Below are positions 36,601-48,801 of a stretch of DNA of 64,000 nt, piece after piece; position 1 is the stretch's first letter; every line of letters begins with the position of its first letter. Both the position numbers and the translations under genes were made by a program. This stretch comes from Trichosphaerium sp. ATCC 40318 (lineage: Eukaryota; Protista; Tubulinea). Under the pieces are notes generated by a model that saw only the letters and a program-made list of their open reading frames with translations, ran no database searches and had not been told where the DNA came from. Location of the stretch: positions 1 through 64,000 of the forward strand of contig JALMLS010000381.1 in the NCBI GenBank assembly GCA_038496445.1, in the 5' to 3' direction.

Positions 36601-39600
36601 ATGACGAGTTGTGCTCCTACAAACTTTATTTTGGAAAGATCTCCTACGGTACACTTTTATATGTAATACCAAATCTTAACAGTGTTCTAGAACCCTTCAC
36701 AATATCGTTTGTGTAATGTTGATGCTGAATATGGATTCTTATCAGAAAGTGTTACTCTTACAGACACTGGAGAAGAAGTACGTCTTCTACAGTTTTCTTT
36801 TAAAATTGTGGGTTTTTTTAACTTTTTGTAGGTGAAGGAACTCAAGATTCTGAATATTCTTTATTGTATGCCACAGATGACTGCTGTCATTCCTATGGGT
36901 ATATTACTGGATTTTAGTATCATTCAACCTCGTGCTGATGTTTTTTTTCAATATTAGAAACCAGAGCAATTTTTATGCAGATTGATCCTAAAGACATTGT
37001 CCATTCATGGGCTACGTATTTGGTAGAACAAGAGGAGCGATACCGTACATTATTCACAAACAAAGAGATGGAAAAATGGTGTAAAGAAGGTACAGATATT
37101 ACAAATTGTTGGTGTATTTCTGAGTGCTCTTGTAGGAAGTGTCTTGCCAATGATGTTCCAGCCTGACTGTCTACCTTTAATATACGACCGTCTTCGTCGT
37201 ATAACGAAAGCGTACGCATCAGTGCGACTGTACAGGTTGTATTCATGATGTATTAGGTTCGAGAGTGATCCAAGAGGTTATAGTTTAACGCCAATCAAAC
37301 TTCTTTGCCTTCTTGAGTCAGCAATGGGTAAATAGTTTCGCGTTGGATTTCTTTTAATGTTAATTGTATTCTTTAGGTTCTATCTATGAAGCACAACTAG
37401 AATTTAAACAGCAGACTCCACAAGACCGTTATAAGACTATTGCGCGACAGTATATGAGAAAATCAAGTCGAACAAATCCTTTCAAGTTTATTCCAAAGAG
37501 CATTAAAGCAGGTACGCAGTTTTTTTTTTCTTTACTTTTTAAACAGTAGCTTGTTTGTGACACCTTTAGCCGATATGTCAAAGCATGGTCTTGCAACGCC
37601 ATCTATAATGTTGATGCAAGCAAAAGAGATTGCACAGCATGGTGATATGGTTAGAAATGCTTGCAATGAGATGATGAAAGGACAAACCACTTTGTTCTCT
37701 GAATTTAAAGTACGCTTTTTATTTTCGTCACTTAAGTGACTGTTGTATTGTTCTTCTTTCCTAAACTATTTGTGTAGTCAGTTACTCTCAGAGAAGAGGC
37801 ATTAGAATGGTGTACATTTGGACCAAAGAAGTATAATGATGGTGAAGAGCGTGTCATTAAACTTCTAAAGAACGGAAAACGTATAAGTCTTCATCGACTC
37901 TCTCTTGAGAATTATAAACTTCTAAGCAACGAGAAGCTTCTAGCTATTATCCGTAATAGTCCACAGTTAACAGAACTTAATGTACGGACACTTTCAAACA
38001 AGTCAAAAGCAGTTTGATGCCAAAACAGTCTGAAACTAAATATTTCCAAATAGGTTTCTGGATGTCCTGTTGATGAAAAGACAGTTCACCAAATTTCGAA
38101 GACATGCAACTTTCTTCAACGATTAGTTATAAAAGACACTGCAGTTACTGTCTGGGATCAATACTTTCCAAACTTGCGGTCATTGGCTATTCATAATTGT
38201 CAAATATTGAAATTGCATTGTCCAAAGTTAGAGAGATTAGAACTATGTGGTAATATTAATGCACAAGATACTGAGAAGCTTGACTGTCCGAAACTACTAA
38301 GTATTGATTTTACTGCTTGTGATCACTTCCCATTTTTGGGTATTCTACGTCTAGGAGGTTATAAAGAAGGTAAAGTTAACTTTTTTTGAGTTAGATTTTT
38401 TTTGTTCAAGTCTTTCTTTTTGCGCTTTTTTGTCCGCTTCAGAGAAGTTTCCTTAGATCCCTGAACACGAATTTCTAATACTGGTATTGTTGCAAGCATG
38501 TACTCATATTTTTGTTAGGTTTCAGAGCTAGTGGGTTACCAGGAGAAACAAAAACAATGCTTCTTGAGCATTTTAAAACTCATGATATTCTCAATGGAAT
38601 GAATTGTACAGAGTTTTATGCAAAGTTCATTGATAAGCTACCTCTCGGTCGTGCTAATATCACAGATAAAAACCTATTGTCCACCCTTAACAGACTCGAA
38701 AACGTGAACCATGTAGATCTTCGCGGGTGCCCACTAATCACTGAATACGGTATTCAAGAGTTGAAGAAAAAATCGACTATCAAGACAATACAGCAATGGG
38801 GAGTTTTGGCTAATTATGAAGGATGTGATGGACGTGTACCTGGTATTATTGTCGTTAGACATATAGGTAAGTTCGGGTGTAACAAAACGCACCAGAGAAG
38901 AAAAATTGCTTCGTTCTTATTTTTTTCCTTTTTTTGTAGGTATCAATCTAGCTGCCACTGGAAGTACTCATAACTCTGTTGCTATATGGGATTTAAAAGA
39001 GATGAAGCTATTGCTATCTTGGAAAGCTCATAGTGGTCATGTTAGAGATATATGCGGTAAGCTTTATTAGTAAGTCTTTTTTGACTCTGCCACAGGACTT
39101 CCTGATGGAAGGTTTGCCACTTGCTCTGATGATAAAACTATAAAATTATGGCATTACAATCGTGCTAAGAACACAAAAGAGCATTTATGCACTTTTGAAG
39201 GTACTACTTCTTCGGACAAACAGTTTTATGTTTTTCTGGATTGTATGTTGCTTCTTTATGTGACTTTTATTCTAGGTCATACTGGAAAGGTTGTGCGTAT
39301 GTGTTTTAGACATAACGGACAGATTATATCAGCTTCACATGATAATACCATTCGGATATGGGATATCTTTACAGGAGCTTGTATAAGTACTCTGACAGGT
39401 CATTCTACATCTGTTCACTGTGTTGTTCTTGTATACACTGATATGTTGGCATCATGTGCTAGCAGGTACGGAAAGAGAAGGAAATTAAGACCTTGAGTTT
39501 GACAAATGCGTGACTTTGAGTTGATTTTTCTTTTTTTCAGATATTCGAGTGATACTATCGGTGAGGTCAAGATTTGGGACTTAAATTCGAAAACTTGTAA

Positions 39601-40194
39601 GCATACGATTAAAGCGCCTGGTATAATGGACTTGCGTCGGTTCCCAGGTGGAAAAGTTGGTGGTATGTTTTCAAAACTAGTTCAAATGTCAAATCGATCT
39701 TTCACTTGCTTTGGTTTTGTTTTGCTTTAGTTTGACTGTATTGATCTCGGTTTAGGTTGTAGTTGGCCTGGTGGTGAACAAGGTATGGTCACTATTTGGA
39801 GCGTAAGAGATCCTAAGAGAGGCTGTACTGCAACAGCTGTTCAGGTAAAGCCTTGTCGTCTATTTTACAAAAAAGCTATTTTATTGTCTTCGTCATGCTG
39901 ATTGTATTTTTTTCTAGCCTAATCCAGCCTTTATTTTACTCCTTCCTAATGGCAACTTGGCCTGTGGATCTTATGGTTTCATTAAGCTTTGGTACGTCAA
40001 TATATGATCTCGAAGGAAGAGTATCTTAATCATTTTTTGTTAGGGACTTAAAGGAAGAAGAGTGCCAATCTACTTTGATGGGATCTTTCGTTGGCGCTGA
40101 ATTATTAGATGAAGGCCGTTTATTAACAGCCAGTAAGAACACTGTTATTGTGTTTAATTTTCTAGAGGATCGTCTTGAACGTAAATCAACATAG
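33642..40194 (+). CDS. Large multidomain protein: degenerate PI3/4-kinase-like (atypical kinase) domain + LRRs + WD40 repeats; start uncertain
   Basis: GYGAPYNEL, PVLLTRRILG, MLLNMTSCAPTNFIL, YRLCNVDAEYGF and ILYCMPQM; LRRs (CPKLERLELCG, VDLRGCPLITEYGI); WD40 repeats (FATCSDDKTIKLW, ISASHDNTIRIWD, LTGHSTSVHC). Confidence 0.75.
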
Positions 40195-40559
40195 AAAGAA
40201 AAAAACAAGAAACGAAAAAAAAAAAGAAGCAACATTATCTTCATTCGCCCCTTGCTTTCAAAAAAAGGAAATGAAGTTTTTGTTGCCGTTATTTTAACGC
40301 TAAAAGGAAGAAAAGAAGCGGTTGTACTATACTAAAACGAAGAAGAAAAAACAAACTAAAAAGCAATAAAACTAGTCCTAAACAGACGTGTTGTGTTATA
40401 TTGCCAAATGATTCATCTATAAACGTGACAATTATTTAATATAATGTTCTGTTTATATTCACAGGCAAGTAACAGCATAGCGTCGACATATTTTTGAGGA
40501 ACGTAAAAGTGTACAAAAACTAGTAATGGCAAAATACTAATTATTTCTCACACTGTAGC

Positions 40560-40830
40560 TATTTTTCTAAGATCCTTTCAACTATGTCACATATGGATCT
40601 TTTTTTCTGCAAGTACACCGTTCTCGCCAGATAACCAATCACTAGCAAGAAGTATCCTTTTCATCACTGAGATATGTACCTGTATCATCTATCACAATAC
40701 CTGCACGTATAAAACCTGTTTCTATCTTCATCAGCTGGCGTCAATATTGCCATTAATTGACATTGATACAACTTCATTGTGTCCATATTGTGCTAGTAGA
40801 GTGAGATGTACTGTGAGAATGCTAAAGATA
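40560..40830 (-). pseudogene. Decayed ankyrin-repeat fragment
   Basis: LLAQYGHNEVVSMSINGNIDAS followed by stops and further GH..V..IL-like remnants. Confidence 0.4.
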
Positions 40831-40875
40831 ATTCGATTGCCCTCAGTAAAAATGACTTCAACTTTGTTAATTTTA

Positions 40876-42078
40876 TTATTGTCTGCACTGTGCTAGCACC
40901 TTGATGCCGTTGTTTGATTTACAATACGATAGATTAATAGATTGGGAACCCATCAATGCCTCTATAGCCTCGTCTGTAATCGATTTACAATAAGATAGAT
41001 CAATAAAGTGGGCACCCACAAGCGCCTTTATGCCCGCATCTGTAATGGCTTGGCAATTGGACAGATCAATTCTGTGTACTCCTGTCAATGCCTTGACACC
41101 TTCATCTGTTATAGATTGGCAATTAGATAGCTTGATAGTGTGTGCTCCAGCCAACGCCTTCACAGCTTTATCGGTTACCGTTGTAGATGATAAAGTGATA
41201 TTGTGAACACCTGCCAAAGCCATTACACCCTCATCAGTCATTGATTTACAATTACGCAGTTTGATAGTGTGTACACCTCTCAATGCCTTCAAACCCTCAT
41301 CTGTTACTAGTGTGAATGATAAATTAATAGCGTGTGCACCTGCCAACGCCTTGATACCTTTGTCTGTTATTGATTGGCAATTAGATAGATCAATATTGTG
41401 TACACCAGCCAAAGCCTTGACACCCTCATCAGTTATTAATTTACAATTACGCAGTTTGATAGTGTGTACACCTCTCAATGCCTTCAAACCCTCATCTGTT
41501 ACTAGTGTGAATGATAAATTAATAGCGTGTGCACCTGCCAACGCCTTGATACCTTCATCTGATATTGTATGACAATTCCTTAGCTTGATAGTGTGTACAC
41601 CTGTCATTGCCTTTACGCCTTCATCTGTAATTGATTTCCAATAAGATAGATCAATAGTGTGTACTCCTGCCAATGCCTTGATACTCTCATCTGTCAATGT
41701 TTGGCAATTAGATAGGTTGATATTGTGTACTCCAGCCAACGCCTTGATACCTTCGTCTGTTATTGATTTGCATCCCATTAGGTTGATAGTGTGTACTCCA
41801 GCAAGTAATTGCAGATGACAATTCATCACATCACTGAATTCGTACAAAGAAAGGGCGGTATTCTTCAGTAAAGGACTTCCTGAAAGGGTTTTCACTTCGG
41901 ATTCTGTTTTAACAACTATTTCATTGTATCCGACATGGTTGTGGACGATATCTCGTAATAAGCGGCATGTTTGGGCTGATCGGAGAGTAAATGTCCCTTG
42001 TTTGAGAATATGAGCTATTACTTCAACTGGAAGTGCTACAAGCTCAGTTTTCGTCGTTTTTGTGTGTTGTTCAGCCAT
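40876..42078 (-). CDS. Intronless protein with F-box-like N-terminus and ~14 short (21-22 aa) Cys-containing LRRs
   Basis: LVALPVEVIAHIL...TCRLLR, then a repeat of consensus LAGVHTIxLSxCxSITDEGVKA. Confidence 0.9.
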   Translation of the reverse strand: MAEQHTKTTKTELVALPVEVIAHILKQGTFTLRSAQTCRLLRDIVHNHVGYNEIVVKTESEVKTLSGSPLLKNTALSLYEFSDVMNCHLQLLAGVHTINLMGCKSITDEGIKALAGVHNINLSNCQTLTDESIKALAGVHTIDLSYWKSITDEGVKAMTGVHTIKLRNCHTISDEGIKALAGAHAINLSFTLVTDEGLKALRGVHTIKLRNCKLITDEGVKALAGVHNIDLSNCQSITDKGIKALAGAHAINLSFTLVTDEGLKALRGVHTIKLRNCKSMTDEGVMALAGVHNITLSSTTVTDKAVKALAGAHTIKLSNCQSITDEGVKALTGVHRIDLSNCQAITDAGIKALVGAHFIDLSYCKSITDEAIEALMGSQSINLSYCKSNNGIKVLAQCRQ

Positions 42079-42461
42079 TTCGTTAAAGATATTGCGTACA
42101 GAACCGTAGAGAGAGTTTGCTACTGCTATGAATGGTTGTAGACTATTCAGTTGTAGCCAGACAAATTAACCTTTGAAATCTGACGAAATTCGTATTAAGT
42201 TTACTTCAGTGCACTTAAGTTGTGAAACAAGTGTCACACTTTCTGCGATTTTCAAGTGTATTCATACAACGACAGGGAAGCTCTTGGAAAGATTGTATTA
42301 AGCCCAGACTGGTATCTACAATGACAGAGAAAATGGAAGGTTAAAGTCATCTGTTATGGATGCTTTGTTGGCAGTGTAAAGAAAAAAAAGAGTGGACCTA
42401 TTCAAATAAAACCCCTTGCACGAAAGCGATTATGTACACAGTTTTTTATTTTTGAGTATAT

Positions 42462-43222
42462 TTACAAGATACGACACTTTTTATATTTCTTACTCTTTTT
42501 TTTCTTTGAAAGTAAAACGCTCATCGCTATGCCTTTAAAAATATCTTCTACACTGTTAAAGTCATTTTTTGCTGAACATTCCATGTGTGCTACTGCGCCC
42601 AGCTTTTTAGCAACTGATTGTGCTTCTTGTGTAGATACTCCATCAGGTGTAATATGTTTCAAGTCTGACTTTGTTCCTACTAAGATAAAAGGAACATCAG
42701 GAGCATGATGTGTAATTTCTGGAATCCATTTTGTTTTAACATTTGATAATGACTTCTTATTATCACACGAATAACAAACTAGGAAAATCCCAGCATCGGC
42801 ATATGAAAGTGGTCTTAGTTTATCATATTTTTCTTGCCTAAAAAACACTGGTTAGCTCAACAATCATTGAACAACAATGTTTTTTTTTTTGGTGCAGAAT
42901 TTAAAACATGTCACATACCCCGTTGTATCCCAAAGTGTCAAAGTTATTTTCTTTCCAGTCGACGTTTCAAAAGTACATGCAAAATTATCACTAAAGAAAA
43001 TATAAGTAATTGCTTCATAACACGTGGTCAAAAGGATGAGTAAACGTGAAGCACTTACAATACTGTCTCTGTGGCTTCAGGGTAATTTCCATTTGTGTAT
43101 GTATGTAGCAAAGCCCTTCAAAAAGAAGTGAGAAAAAGCGCCTGTCGCTAGTACTTTGGATCTTACCTTTTCCCTACAGCTCTGTCTCCAACTACAACTA
43201 CTTTAGCTTCTATTGCTGTCAT
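42462..43222 (-). CDS. Atypical Rho/Rac-family GTPase, paralog 2 (4 exons)
   Basis: MTAIEAKVVVVGDRAVGKRALLHTY...ETVFDNF...LWDTTGQEKYDKLRPLSY...CRIL, with the same intron positions as 1650-2403. Confidence 0.93.
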
Positions 43223-43464
43223 GTTATTCTTGTTGGTGTTTGTTTATTTTGATTTCTTTTTTGTATTGCTTTTATCTTAACGCTTTCAGTTTCGCAAACA
43301 CAAAACCGAAACGGTTCGAATTAGCTTCAGTGAAACCCCAAAATACTCCTTGAAACTCCTACTTGTATTAATAGCATGACAAAATATGATGAGGTAACAT
43401 ATGCTGCCAGGAGCACTTTAATATTATTTTTGAACGAATAAATTTGGTACAAAGGTGTCCGAAA

Positions 43465-43696
43465 AGTTCGAACAAGTTCGAAAAAAAACAGTTCGAAAAT
43501 TTAGACTAACTAACAGGCGGTTCACTTTCTACCAGGACCCGCTTGAGGACTCGCTCCAGTTCGCAAGAACTCGGTATTGATTCACAAATTGTCAGCTGTG
43601 TACAGAACAATTTCTGAATTTAGGCTTATTCTAGAAAACACGTGATTTTTGCAGTTCGAACGACGAGTTCGAAAAAACTGTTCGAAAAATTCAGAC
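43465..43696. repeat. ~190-bp segment flanked by two direct TTCGAA arrays, absent from the duplicate at 1.4 kb
   Basis: Arrays gttcgaacaagttcgaaaaaaaacagttcgaaaatttagac (43466-43506) and gttcgaacgacgagttcgaaaaaactgttcgaaaaattcagac (43654-43696). Copy 1 has a single array. Confidence 0.75.
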
Positions 43697-44129
43697 AGCA
43701 TTCGTTTTCCCTCTAGTTGTCAATCATTGTTTTGACCAAAAAGAAAACGATTGGAGTTTTTTTTGAAAACCATCGCAACCACATTAACACGTGCTCAATG
43801 AAACAAGCACCAGGATGGGTTCTGTTGTAAGCATCAGTCATAATAATAGTTATTTTTCAACAAAACTGATAAACATAGCTTCAGAAGCCTCACGGCGTGT
43901 CATTTCTGTTAAATTAAGTCAGAGTTACACTAAGTGTATTTCTGCGACCATAATTAGCAGGTTTATAGCTGTTAACGTATATATCTGGTATGTACATCAA
44001 ATAAGCTACAATTGCGAGCAAATTCATTGTAATAATTCAGTAATGTTTTCTAGGCGTACTGTACAGTGTGAGAAAGCCACAAACGCACTTTGTAGTAAAT
44101 GGCGTAATTTCCATTGAAACTAGTAAATA

Positions 44130-47100
44130 ATGTTCAACGATACCGCTAAGCACTTCTACGGAAGTATTACTGCGTATACGTTTATTTGGTTCATTTTGCT
44201 CTTTGTAAGGCTTCAATGTCAAGAAAATGACCCCGCAGGTGGTTTTACCGCGTATGATAACTCTTTTGCGCATTTATCCGCTTGTAGTAGCTTACTTTCA
44301 CAGAAACTTACTGTTGGGTACATAACTTACGATTTCACCTAACAACGCTCTCAATGCGTACAACCACAAATAACTGACTTTTTTTCTTCGGGTTAAAGGT
44401 TTTTTAATGATTCGGATTCTCATTCTTCTGTTTCTCTCATGTGTAATGCAACCGCACCAATACGTGATATAGCAGTATATGGATCACAAGTATTTATGAT
44501 CCAAGATTCACGTGATATAGCTGTGTACACGTTCAACACTACGCACGTGTCTAAAACAGCTACTTTGTTTATTTACCCAGTATGTTGTTTTTTTCTTATT
44601 TCTTTCCGTTCCGCTTTCTGTACTACGAAAAAAGTGGTATTCGTGTAGTACTACGTTATGTTATCAGTCTTTTGGACACTACGTATTGATTGTTCTTTTT
44701 AAAGGTGCATGGCCAGTTAAGAAATAAAATTGCTGCAAAGTACTCTACACTTGTCGTAAGCACTGAGAATGAAATGATTGTTTATAATACTACAGACTTA
44801 ACTGCTATGCCATTAAGAAACGTTTTTATGAAAACTTCACAGTTTGTAAAAACAGAACCTATCATATGGCACATAGGACTCGATGGTAAAAGAATAATGG
44901 TACTTCCAAGTTCTGGAAAAAAAATAAAAAAAGAAATTATTAGCCAAGCAAGTTTCCTCTGTACCAAATGACATAACAGAGACAGACGTCGGCAGTTTTT
45001 TATCGCATTGCCAAAGGTTTGATTCTCATCTTTTCTCAGAATGGGATCTAATCAAGATCTTTTGAAGCGAAGGAACAAAGAGTCTTCAAAAACTACTTCT
45101 CTTTTCTTAATAGTTGTCTTCAATCATAACTTACTCTATTTGCAGGCTGTATGGCCCGATGGTGTTTTAACATCGTTGGTATTTAATGATACATTAACAG
45201 TTAGTGTTATTGGGGAAGAAGAAGGTAGAATCCTAGATTGTATCGTTGATAAACCTTATCAAGTAAGGTGGTTTACAAAACGTGAAGGTGCAGTGTATCT
45301 AGAACAATTGTATATTGGGTTTGATTTAGCAGTGCAAGGTGAACATGGCGGTTATGTTTTAGGTAATTGTGGTAGCAATAAAACACGCAAGTGTTTGTAT
45401 GTCTTAACAAAGGATAAAAATGGGTTTGTGTACTTAAAGAAGGTATTTGTTATGTACTTGTTTTTTTTTAATTTCTTTGTTAGATAGACAATGGAACAGT
45501 TCGTATTGTTGCTCCAACTGTTTATTATGATAGTATAGAGGTTATTTACAGGAAAAAATTTTTGAGGATTTTTCGCGCCAAAGATGGGTTACATGTTTAT
45601 ACAGAAAATAATTTTAGTGTTGTTCAAAATCACCTTTGGACAGTGCCTGTGCCGAAAGGACATCAACACACACCTCTAAATCTTATTCCGTGTAATCCTG
45701 GTACTTACAAAGATACAACAGATATTGGACCATGTCTTTTATGCCCTTATGGAACTCATCAGCCTAACCATGGTACAACAAACAAATCTTTTCTTTTTTT
45801 TGGATTTTAAACTTACCTTCGTTAGGTTCTGAGTCATGTATACCCTGTAAATATCCTGATGAATGTAGAGGGGGATCAAGAATACCATCAAAGCTCTCTA
45901 AGGGAAACCCATCATCGTTTTATCCTTTCAAACCAACGTTTCAAGCATCTTCCCAACAGCAATTTCTGAGGCTTATTGGACACCCAGATTCTGTTGTGTT
46001 CTTCTCATTAACAATCACTCTCGTAATTGCTTTGCTTGCTATTGGTATTACTTCATCTATACTAATTTTATGCGGTTGCGAAAACTTTTTTGCTGTAAGA
46101 CTATTATGTGCTATTGATATATCAAAGCAACTCGTTCTTCATACCTCACCTGTTTGGAAAGGTGATATTTTTGGCGGATTGGTTACTCTTGCCATAGTAG
46201 GCATGTGCTTGCTTGCTATTAGTGCTGAGACACACATTTATTATACATACGAAGCAACGCCTTTTGATATGAACAGCACAATTCACAAAAAGATCAAGAA
46301 CACTTAGAAACCCTCAAGCGGGATTTATTGATGATACAACAATGGATCACTATGAAAACCTACAACAGTAAGAGTGTTGTTTGATAAATACTAAATTCTA
46401 CATCATGGCTTATTCCTCTATTTTAGAACACTATTTTTAAATATCACGTGGTACGTTTAATTCCAACAATCTTTCTCATCTCTTGCCTTCTAGGAGTGAC
46501 TTGTTTATTTTTGTTCCTGGTTGCGCTATTCAAGTGTTTAGTACTGATGACTTACTCAATGTCAAAACGTATTCACTTAACAACACACAAAGGTATCGCC
46601 ATATTCCATTGTTTATCCTATTTTTAGTTTTAACTACTTTGCTAGTGTAGTTATTGAAGCAAAACTTCAAATGTCCTATGTAATTCAGTTGATAGCATGT
46701 CCAGCATCATATAATGCAATATCGCTTAGAGCGTATACAAACTTGACTCACCGTACTTGTTTTTTTAACCAGATTTGTTTTTGGTTCTAATAATGGGTTT
46801 TCTTAGCAACATCTGTCGAAGTACATATGCCTTCAAAAGGCCAATACCTTCCTTACCAAGATCACTCTATTGATATTATAACGACAGCAGTAATTAGAAA
46901 TACACAAGGATATACTGCATCACGTGTAGATGGTGAGCATGAAAACTTTAAAAGAAATTTTGATGTTTTTTACTAGTTTTGATTGACGTTCTCGTAGAGT
47001 ATTTAGGATTGATTGCAAAGCGTTTTAAGTCACAAGGAAAGAGAATGGAATGTTGCAACGATACAGAAATTTATGCTTTTAACAATAATATAATGGAGTC

Positions 47101-47425
47101 TCAGTAAGTTTTTGTTTGTGATGTTTTTTTCTCTTCTTTCTCTTGTTCTTAACTCTTGTTGTTAGTTTGACAATTAATATTGTTGGTAACAGCGCTCTTT
47201 ATGATGAACAAGATAGTGTATACTTTACACGTGTTGGACTATTATCAGCTATACTTGTCATATTTACTGTTGTATTCAACACAGGCATAGTATTGAACAT
47301 GGTAGAGAAGAAAATTAAGTTTCTTACTTGCCAGTGTATAAAAAACAAAAGAAAACAGGTATAGGAGAACATGTACGTTCAAGAGATATTTCTCATTTGC
47401 AACATAGTATGAACAAGTGAATTGA
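44130..47425 (+). CDS. Multi-exon membrane protein with a Cys-rich (ephrin-receptor/TNFR-like) repeat and several TM helices
   Basis: N-terminal hydrophobic segment; CNPGTYKDTTDIGPCLLCPYGTHQPNHGSESCIPC; TM segments at ~46000, 46180 and 47240; probable last micro-exon YEQVN*. Confidence 0.7.
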
Positions 47426-47624
47426 TTGATGAAAAATCTAAGCTAACTGGCCAGTCATCCTTAAACATGCAATGACTGCTAGACTGTAGGTTTTTGAGGT
47501 ATTATGCTCACTACGCTATATGTTGGTATAGCCTATGTTTTATTACATGGTCCTTGAACACACGAAATAAACAACTTTAAAACAATATTAGTGGTTTTTT
47601 TTTACAGTCCGTATTTGAAGAGTC

Positions 47625-48760
47625 TTAAAATGTCAACCAACCTTCCATGAATGCCTCACTCAATAAAGTGCATAGTTCTTGAATATCAGATATCAAACAG
47701 GCTTTAATGATACGAAATCTTGTTCGTGCTAGCAAGTCATTGTTCCTAAACCAAGTTGGTATTGCTTTGATGAATTGATTACGTGCTCGCACAGTTTTTT
47801 CTCCACTATGTTCTATGAATTTCATGACCTCTTCAGGTTTGATTGGTGTGTTCCACGATGCATTATAGTTCGGATTGGTTGTTTGGAATTGTGCAACAAG
47901 TTGTTTCCGCTTTTCTTCACATGGTAAAACACGTGATTCCAAATGTTTTTTTTTTTTACAAAACCGTACATAGACTTGTTTTGTAGGTGAGCACACTGTT
48001 AGATTGAATGCGTGGCACTGCGTTTTGGAGTCGTAGCCATCCCCAGAAGCTCTTTAGGATCCAAACCGTTTTTTGGAGTTTAACTCCCCCTGGTCAGAAA
48101 CAAACCCGCCCAGACACCGTCCCTGAGCGGCACTGACTTTATGTGAGATCCTACTGTAAAAGGACTTTGTTGACTGTACCAGAATAAACTGAACTGAACT
48201 GATACGAAAAAATAGAAACAACTTACTTGTAGGCAAGAGAAGCAGGTCGATCTTAACCTCCTCCCTTACCTTTGCCGCATTTTGAACGTCCTTTCAATAA
48301 ACAAGCTACCCCATGCGCTTCGCCAGAGCACCTCTTTCTTTGCTCTTTGAGCCTTTTGTTTCCTTTTGGCGCTCTGGTAGGCTGACATTTGCATGTGCTT
48401 TTATCGCCAATCACGTTCCTGTTCAATCACTATCAGTTTTCTTTGCTATAGTCAACAATCTTTTCTCGACCAATCTTCTAGCCATTGCAATTGGTAATTT
48501 AATACAAGTAGTGCGTCAATGAACCTCAACCAACTTTTGCAGAGGATTATCCTTAATATGGTTTACGTCCATTACTTGTTCGTAACCCAGTTGTTGCTTG
48601 GATTCTGTATGATTGAATTTACAAGAACTTTCATAGCTTTTTTGGCCTTGCGTATATCCCTTTTGGGTGTAGTTTTTGCCACCACTGATCCCTTTGTTGA
48701 CTTGCAATAAAAAGGTCTAAAATGGTAAACAAGTTTAAGCACTATTGCACTAAAAGTCAT
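47625..48760 (-). CDS. Probable basic protein of unknown function (gene model unresolved, possibly disrupted)
   Basis: Coding-like last exon 47625-47920 and Lys-rich upstream ORFs. No motif recognised. Confidence 0.35.
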
Positions 48761-48801
48761 ACTTTAGCTGTTAGACGAAGTTAGTTTGAATTTTCGGTAC
48801 A

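Noticed and set aside
41261-41572. Antisense and alternative-frame ORFs over the LRR gene (likewise over the MORN gene at 59558-60427)
   Set aside because: Shadow ORFs produced by repetitive coding sequence.
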